From Octopus sinensis (lineage: Eukaryota): a stretch of DNA of 6,260 nucleotides. Below, in pieces: positions 1-5,685 of this stretch. Location of the stretch: contig NW_021829421.1 of NCBI RefSeq assembly GCF_006345805.1, positions 1 to 6,260 of the forward strand. The letters are read 5' to 3'. Made by a program: the position numbers and the translations under genes. Position 1 is the first letter of the stretch. Every line of letters begins with the position of its first letter. The notes beneath the pieces were generated by a model. That model had not been told where the DNA came from and searched no databases. It was given only the letters and a program-made list of their open reading frames with translations.

Positions 1-79
1 TAAGGATGTTGACATTAGCAGATAATTTTGATAGTCTTAAAGAAATATTTTTAAGTAAATTATCGATAATAGTTTTGGC

Positions 80-165
80 ATATATATATATATCTGTCTG
101 TCTGTGTGAGTGTATGTCTGTCTGTATATCTAGCTATCTCTTTGTCTATATATATATATATATAC
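80..165. repeat. Compound (TA)n/(TCTG)n/(TG)n microsatellite
   Basis: Directly visible: atatatatatatat, ctgtctgtctgt, gtgagtgt and a second (TA)n run ending near 165. Confidence 0.9.
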
Positions 166-168
166 ACG

Positions 169-227
169 AAGAGAGATAGAGAGAACAGAGAGAGTGAGAA
201 AGAGACAGAGAGAATGAGAGATAGATC

Positions 228-303
<76 letters not shown>
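169..303 (+). repeat. Degenerate (GA)n tract followed by perfect (GATA)19
   Basis: GA-rich 169-227; perfect GATA x19 at 228-303. Confidence 0.95.
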
Positions 304-945
304 CATTAATATGAAATATAAAGAAACAAATCTAAATATTTAAGAATAGAGTAAATAAATGGATAGACGGAGAAATATACAGAGAAGCACGTAGTAGGTA
401 GATAAACAATGTAAAGAGCTGGAGAGGGAGAAGGTGGATCTATATATAGATACAAACAGAAAGATAGATAAAAAATAGGAAAAGTAAGAAGGAGAAAGAA
501 ATTGGCGCAATAATGGAGATTAATTTTCAAGAAAAGCGAAAGAGAAACTTGGAATCCGAAAGTGAAAGTAGACGAAGGGTGGGAGAATTAAATGAAATGT
601 AGATAGGATACCGACGAGAGAAGAAAACATTCATAATAGCGGAGAGACATATGAAGAAAAAAAAGGCAATGAAGTGAGCTGGGAAAAGAAATATAAGGCG
701 GTTCTCTCATATTAAGAAAAAAGATTGAATTAATATACAGATGGCTAGCTAGCGAGCTAGGGGTCTAAGAATGTTAGCAATAAGATTCTTAAGAAATTTT
801 AAGACAACTAGAAACTTATTTCCGATGAAGGGGGCTTGATCAGCCAAGAATGTGAGCTAAGCTAAATGAAAATTATTTCTATTTGTGTAGAGTTTACCAT
901 TTATAGAATACTGGCTCTCTGTATGTGTATAGATGCTTAATAAGT

Positions 946-1062
946 TCTCTCTCTCTCTCTCCCTCTCTCCCCCTCTCTCCTTCTCTATTTCTCTCTCTCT
1001 CATTCTATCTCTCTTACTCCCTATCTATTTATCTCTCTTTCCATCGTTCTCCTCTGGCCTTC
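946..1062 (+). repeat. Degenerate (CT)n polypyrimidine tract
   Basis: tctctctctctctctccctctctccccctctctcc... almost purine-free on the + strand. Confidence 0.9.
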
Positions 1063-1097
1063 CTCCCACATTTCTTTAATACTCTTATTGTCCTTTT

Positions 1098-1234
1098 AAA
1101 TGTATACACATATATGTACGAACATTATAGTGTGTGGTGTGTGTGTTTGTGAATGCGTGTGTATGCATGTATATATGTGTGTGTGTGTGTATATATATAA
1201 ATAGATAGAAAGATAGATAGATAGATAGATAGAT

Positions 1235-1266
<32 letters not shown>

Positions 1267-1320
1267 CATACATACATACACACCAGCGCGCGCGGATGCG
1301 TGTGTATGTGTGTGTGTAGG
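1098..1320. repeat. Compound (TG)n/(TA)n/(GATA)5/(CATA)7/(CA)n/(CG)n/(TG)n microsatellite
   Basis: GATA x5 at 1212-1231, CATA x7 at 1235-1262, a short gcgcgcgc near 1286-1293, flanked by TG/CA runs. Confidence 0.92.
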
Positions 1321-1750
1321 TCTTAAATCTGAAAACGTGGCTGACTGAAAACCACCAATGTGCATACATGTATATTCAAAGCAAGAAGTCCGTGGACGAA
1401 TCAGCTGCATAAAAGCATGACTTTATGTTTTATATACAGCATAAGGAACCATGTAAGTATGTTAGTATGTTCATTCTCCACCAATCTTAGGTTTCTACTT
1501 GAGTTGTTTGGAGTCTGATTGATTTTCTTAATCGTTCAACCGCCTCTTTTGCAAACATAGTCAGCAAGGCCACCTACGTTTCCATCTCCTGTGAGTTGCA
1601 GTGATAGATGTTAGTTATTACTTTCTTATATTACTGCCGAATGTTCAATAATAGTCCTACCACTTTGTCTTCTAGTGATGTACAGACCTATTGGGTGTCA
1701 CACTTATTTTGTGTTATGACATATTATAACAGATATCCCGTATAAGGGCC

Positions 1751-1955
1751 GTGCGCCATGATTGATCGTTAGTCACTACACACATTTTTTTCTCTTCTTG
1801 TTTCTCTCCTTTTTTTCTGTGTCCCTTTCTGTAGAAGAGCGTAGGCTCGAAACGTAAAATACTTTTTTTCTATTCCTGAGCGTCATACTAATACATCTGT
1901 TTGATTTGTACACCACCTGTCTTCGTCTTTTGTTTTTTTTTCGTAAACTCTCCCT
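1751..1955 (+). mobile_element. Penelope-like element (PLE) terminal/pseudo-LTR fragment, non-coding
   Basis: Contains ctgtagaagagcgtaggctcgaaacgtaaaa, the same architecture as the CTGANGA-A-stem-GAAAC/G motif at the ends of animal PLEs (established knowledge), embedded in T-rich sequence. I recall this segment (gatcgttagtcactacac...cgtaaactctccct) as a dispersed octopus repeat. No RT or GIY-YIG ORF is seen; the 5' boundary is approximate. Confidence 0.6.
1821..1862 (+). ncRNA. Minimal type I hammerhead-ribozyme-like motif with variant core
   Basis: Stem I UUU 1826-1828 pairs with AAA 1857-1859; core box CUGUAGA 1829-1835 plus A1836 (canonical CUGANGA); stem II GAGC 1837-1840 / GCUC 1845-1848 with GUAG loop; GAAA 1849-1852; palindromic loopless stem III ACGU 1852-1855; GUA cleavage triplet 1854-1856. 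Confidence 0.55.
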
Positions 1956-2238
1956 GTGTGGTAACTAGCTTGCTTACGAACCACATGGTTCCGGGTTCGG
2001 TCCCACTGCGTGGCACCTTGAGCAAGTGTCTTCTACTATAGCCTCCGGCCGACCAAAGACTTGTGGGTGGATTTTGTAGACGGAAACTGAAAGAAGACTG
2101 TTGTATATATGTATATATATCTATCTATATATATATATTATGTGTGTGTGTGTGTGTGTGTAAATATGTTTGTGTGTCTGTGTTTGTCCCCGCAACATCG
2201 CTTGACAACCGATGCTGGTGAGTTTACGTCCCCGTAAC
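1954..2238 (+). mobile_element. tRNA-derived CORE-type SINE, copy 1 (5'- and 3'-truncated)
   Basis: About 88% identical (roughly 18 mismatches in ~150 nt, counted by eye) to 3720-3870. Retains the B-box (ggttcggtccc) and the ccttgagcaagtgtctt CORE-like segment. Lacks the first ~13 nt and everything after cgtccccgtaac. Internal (TA)/(TG) microsatellite at ~2103-2185. Confidence 0.88.
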
Positions 2239-2326
2239 AATGTGAGCACACACAAATAGGCGGACAGTTTTACTAGGAGATTCACGTGCTTGGCTGATGT
2301 AGTGCAACTAGTCTCGACATAATCAG

Positions 2327-2434
2327 TGTTGATGATGATGATGATGATGATGCGGAAGATGTGGAAAACGAAGAGGATTGCGGTGGTGATAGCCGTTTTG
2401 TCAACGACGGTGATGCTGGTGACAATAACGATAT

Positions 2435-2497
<63 letters not shown>

Positions 2498-2634
2498 CGA
2501 TGACGATGACGACGACGACGATGATGATGATGAGGATGATGGTTATGATGATGATGTAGAGATGTTGTGATAAGGATGATGGTTGGAAGGATGATGACAA
2601 TGGTGACGCTGTTGCTGCTGCTGCTGCTGCTGCC

Positions 2635-2682
<48 letters not shown>

Positions 2683-2692
2683 AATGGTGATG
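2327..2692 (+). repeat. Compound/cryptic trinucleotide repeat (GAT)20, (GAC)n, (GCT)6, (GAT)16
   Basis: Perfect GAT x20 at 2436-2495, GCT x6 at 2614-2631 and GAT x16 at 2635-2682, with degenerate GRY triplets between them. Confidence 0.95.
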
Positions 2693-2844
2693 GCCTAAAT
2701 TAATTTTAAGCCAGAGCAACATAGACACCACACCCCCACAATCCAAAGTATTATATAGTCTGAGAGGTTTGGCGTTCATGTCTTCACCCAAGAGATTTAC
2801 AGCACTAACGGAACCGATTCCAACCGAGAAACAGAAAAAATGGT

Positions 2845-2940
2845 GTCACACACACACACACTCTCTCTCTCTCACTCATAAACACACCCTCACACACACG
2901 ACATGTATATATATACATGTATACACACTCACACATATCA
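2845..2940 (+). repeat. Compound (CA)n/(CT)n/(TA)n microsatellite
   Basis: cacacacacacacactctctctctctc... directly visible. Confidence 0.9.
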
Positions 2941-3004
2941 TACTGCAATCAATTTATCAGCGTACCAAGGAAACCAGTGTTCATAGCTCCATCGTCCCAA
3001 AAGC

Positions 3005-3118
3005 CATCCTTACCACCACTACCATAATACTAACCGATATAAGTTTATGTATTATCATTATTAGTATTATTATCATTGTTATTATTGTTGTTGTTGTTGT
3101 TGTTGTTACTACATTCTT

Positions 3119-3179
<61 letters not shown>

Positions 3180-3333
3180 TATTAATATTATTATTATTAT
3201 TATATTATTATTATTATTATTATTATTATCATTATTATTATTATTATTATAGTTGTAGTAGTAGTAGTAGTAGTAGTAGGAGTAGTAACAATAATATTGT
3301 TGTTGTTTTTGCTGCTATATAATAATAATGATT
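3005..3333 (+). repeat. Compound trinucleotide array (GTT)7/(TTC)11/(TTA)n/(GTA)n
   Basis: GTT x7 at 3087-3107, TTC x11 at 3114-3146, TTA x10 at 3147-3176 continuing imperfectly to ~3250, GTA run ~3255-3286. Confidence 0.95.
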
Positions 3334-3706
3334 ACAAAAAGCAAGGCGTGGAAACATATCTTTCGGAGAAGTGTTTTAGTGTATTTACTCAACCTTTGAA
3401 CCGAGTCACATGAAATGCAAATACTTCATCAATTGGATTCCGACACAATATATAATGAAGTTACGCAATGAAATACTATTCCAAGACATTTTGTCCACCG
3501 TCCTGCATCGAATATGGTCCATCCATAGCCATTTTGTTCTCTGAGCGAAATCTGTTTTGTCCACTAACCGCCATTATTCATAATTCAGTGGTTCAACTCC
3601 TGGGATTTTCAACCATTTTTTTCTCTATGGACCCTTTTGTTTACTATTTTATTCTAGTAGACCCCTTAGCCATTCGATGTAAAAAATAAAAAAAAAATAC
3701 AGAATA

Positions 3707-4273
3707 GGCGCAGGAGTGGCTGTGTGGTAAGTAGCTTGCTAACCAACCACATGGTTGCGGGTTCAGTCCCACTGCGTGGCATTTTGGGCAAGTGTCTTCT
3801 GCTATAGCCTCGGGCCGACCAATGCCTAGTGAGTGGATTTGGTAGACAGAAACTGAAAGAAGCCTGTCGTATATACGTATATATACATATGCATGTGTGT
3901 GTTTGTGTGTCTGTGTTTGTCCCCCTAGCATTGCTTGACAACCGATGCTGGTGTGTTTACGTCCCCGTCACTTAGCGGTTCGGCAAAAGAGACTGATAGA
4001 ATAAGTACTGGGCTTACAAAGAATAAGTCCCGGGGTCGATTTGCCCGACTAAAGGTGGTGCTCCAGCATGGCCGCAGTCAAATGACTGAAACAAGTAAAA
4101 GAGTAAAAGAGTAAAGAGTAAAGAGTAAAGAGTAAAGAGTAAAAGAGTAAAGAGTAAAAGAGTAAAGAGTAAAAGAGTAAAGAGTAAAAGAGTAAAGAGT
4201 AAAAGAGTAAAGAGTAAAAGAGTAAAGAGTAAAAGAGTAAAGAGTAAAGAGTAAAGAGTAAAAAGTAAAGAGT
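3707..4273 (+). mobile_element. Full-length tRNA-derived CORE-type SINE, copy 2 (similar to octopus OR-type SINEs) with expanded tandem-repeat tail
   Basis: Starts ggcgcaggagtggctgtgtgg; has A- and B-boxes; ttgggcaagtgtctt resembles the start of the MIR CORE domain; internal (TA)/(TG) run at 3869-3920; 3' body to ~4094, then the (GTAAAGA/GTAAAAGA)n tail. A second copy is present in this window. Possible 4-bp TSD aata at 3703-3706 / 4274-4277. Confidence 0.9.
3717..3770 (+). promoter_or_regulatory. Internal RNA Pol III promoter (A-box and B-box) of the SINE head
   Basis: A-box-like TGGCTGTGTGG at 3717-3727 and B-box-like GGTTCAGTCCC at 3760-3770, with tRNA-like spacing. Confidence 0.7.
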
Positions 4274-4275
4274 AA
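4095..4275 (+). repeat. SINE tail minisatellite: 24 units of GTAAAGA (7 bp) / GTAAAAGA (8 bp)
   Basis: Unit lengths read 8,8,7,7,7,7,(8,7)x7,7,7,7 (variant GTAAAAA),7, then GTAA. Confidence 0.95.
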
Positions 4276-4850
4276 TAGACAACATATCAGAAAGAGCAGA
4301 ATCTGCGGACAGAGCGGTGAAACCGTATGGCGTATTACCCGCCAATGTACGCCACAAGCCCAGAAGGAATATAAGAGACAATATAGCCAGGCTTTTCCAT
4401 TGGACACTTTGCAACAAGTATGGACTTGACATAGCAAAAAATTGGTACGACCACAAACCTGAAGGCATCGTCGAAAATAAAAATGCAAAGATCCTATGGT
4501 ATTTTATGATTCAGTGCGACCATGAGATTGAGAATAGGAAGCCAGACATAGTCTTAATTGAGAAAAAAGGCAACCTATACAGGATCATAGATATAGCATG
4601 CCCAGCTGACAACAAGGTATGTGATAAGGAAGAAAGAAAAGTCGAGAGATATGATAGGTTAGCTTGGGAAGATAAGCAGTTGTGGTCGATGAAAAAGGTA
4701 GCAGTAGTACCAATAATTGTCGGAGCCCTGGAAACAGTGAGCAACAATTCCGAGAAGTACTTAGAACAAATAGGAACTGCAATAAGGGTGTGGCACTTGC
4801 AGTAAACAGCACTGCTTGGAACCACTCGAATACTCCGGAAGGTGCACTAA
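4275..4850 (+). pseudogene. Non-LTR retrotransposon ORF C-terminus: degenerate CCHC zinc knuckle plus PD-(D/E)xK restriction-like endonuclease (R4/Dong clade)
   Basis: IDNISE (4275-4292); frameshift; S-R-I-C-G-Q-S-G-E-T-V-W-R-I-T-R-Q-C-T-P-Q-A-Q-K-E-Y-K (4295-4375, a CCHC knuckle with C>S and H>R); frameshift deleting the RH of RHD; then DNIARLFHWTLC...WYDHKPEGIVENKNAKILWYFMIQCDHEIENRKPDIVLIEK...IIDIACPADNKVCDKEERKVERY...VVPIIVGALE...HLQ*TALLGTTRILRKVH*. These match the WYxHxP, LWD, RxPD, D..P.D, KExEK..KY, GALG and LQKxALLGTxRILR motifs of R4/Dong/Rex6 elements. In-frame stop at 4803-4805. Confidence 0.9.
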
Positions 4851-4951
4851 AAATAAGAGGTGTTACCTTAGTTCTTTGCTAGTGAACAGCTGACACCGTA
4901 GTACATCTCCAACGTTAGAAGCTGTGCAAAGGCAATGATAATAATAGTAAT

Positions 4952-5167
4952 CAATTTCTACTACAGGCTCAAGGCTGGGGACTTTCGTGGTGAGGGGAAC
5001 AATCGGGCACATCGAAACCAGTACTTCACTGGTACTTAATTTATCGACCCCGAAAGGATGAAAGGCAAAGTCGGCCTCGGTGGTATTTGAACTGGGAACG
5101 TAAAGTTGGAAGAATGTCAAAATTCATTTTTTCCAGAGCAGCAATGATTTTGCCAGCTGACCGCCTT
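4952..5167 (-). mobile_element. tRNA-derived SINE of a second family, copy A
   Basis: Minus strand reads aaggcggtcagctggcaaaatc (A-box-like), gttcaaatacc (B-box, 5082-5092), gactttgcctttcatcctttcggggtcgataaattaagtaccagt, and ends in an (ATT)-like tail. Homologous to 5186-5400. Confidence 0.85.
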
Positions 5168-5185
5168 AGTAATTATTATAATAAT

Positions 5186-5400
5186 GGTTTCTGCTAAAGG
5201 CGGAAGAACTGAAATTTTGTAGGCGGGGTTAAGTCGATTACATAGACCTCCGCACTGAATTGGTACATATTTTACCCGCCCCGAAAGGATGAAAAGCAAA
5301 GTCGACCGCAGCAGTATTTGAACCCAGAAATCGGAAGAAATATCGGTAAGCACTTTTTGTTTTTTACACCGCAGTAAAGATTCTGCTAGCTCGACACCTT
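5186..5400 (-). mobile_element. tRNA-derived SINE of the second family, copy B
   Basis: Minus strand reads aaggtgtcgagctagcagaatc, ggttcaaatact (B-box, 5313-5324), gtcgactttgcttttcatcctttcgggg. Shares the ccccgaaaggatgaaa(g/a)gcaaagtcg core with copy A. Confidence 0.85.
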
Positions 5401-5401
5401 C

Positions 5402-5402
<1 letters not shown>

Positions 5403-5452
<50 letters not shown>

Positions 5453-5504
5453 GTAATAATAATAATATTAATAATAGTAATAATAATAATAATAGTAATA
5501 ATAA
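5403..5504 (+). repeat. (TAA)16 plus degenerate TAA/TAG microsatellite
   Basis: Perfect TAA x16 at 5403-5450, imperfect to 5504. Confidence 0.95.
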
Positions 5505-5685
5505 CGAACAAATTATAACTTACAATAATAACCATAGAATCTGTGACATACGATATTGTTCTAATTGTCAGTGTTCATCAATATTGTATTTGTGAAAGCA
5601 AAGTTTAATTTGGCTGTAAACAGTGACGAGATATATTAGCTTACAGAAAAAATATGACTATATATAAGCCACAGATTCCTGTTGT

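Larger units (their letters stand above)
3695..4951 (+). mobile_element. 5'-truncated, decayed R4/Dong-clade non-LTR retrotransposon (restriction-like endonuclease type), interrupted by a SINE
   Basis: C-terminal coding remnant at 4275-4850, a ~83-nt 3' UTR at 4851-4933, and an aatgataataatagtaat tail at 4934-4951. Inclusion of 3695-3706 (aaa tac aga ata = KYRI, joining to D-N at 4278) is inference from only 12 nt. Confidence 0.8.

Noticed and set aside
1270-1320. Hairpin or Z-DNA around gcgcgcgc flanked by CA and TG runs
   Set aside because: A trivial consequence of adjacent complementary dinucleotide repeats; no specific signal.
306-1369. ORFs 306..530, 925..1152 and 1085..1369
   Set aside because: Translations of GATA/CT/TG/CATA microsatellites and purine-skewed DNA; no domain motifs, non-ATG or repeat-derived starts.
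2121-3185. Poly-Ile, poly-Met, poly-Asp, poly-His/Gln and poly-Phe/Leu ORFs
   Set aside because: All are frames of the same (GAT)n/(GCT)n/(TTC)n/(TTA)n repeats and are open only because the repeat units lack stops.
3707-3780. tRNA gene
   Set aside because: A- and B-boxes are present but there is no convincing cloverleaf or acceptor stem; it continues into SINE body and has a diverged paralog in the window.
3468-3941. ORFs 3468..3689, 3644..3931 and 3666..3941
   Set aside because: Short, no recognisable motifs; the latter two are antisense readings of the SINE.
4095-4275. CRISPR array or interstitial telomere
   Set aside because: No unique spacers, and the unit is not G-rich telomeric; it is contiguous with the SINE 3' end.
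4049-4488. Minus-strand ORFs with YSLLF / LYSFT repeats
   Set aside because: Translation of the 7/8-bp SINE tail array and the antisense of the LINE remnant.
4317-4805. ORF 4317..4805 as an intact 162-aa gene
   Set aside because: The N-terminal ~20 aa are out of frame with the real knuckle sequence, it begins at GTG, and the protein continues past the stop (TALLGTTRILR). It is a pseudogenised retrotransposon fragment.
4511-5353. ORFs 4511..4825, 4585..4812, 4682..4882, 4863..5120 and 5117..5353
   Set aside because: Alternate or antisense frames of the LINE remnant and SINEs.
5537-5678. 9-bp inverted repeat gaatctgtg / cacagattc as MITE termini
   Set aside because: Too short, no TSD, and expected by chance in a 6-kb window.
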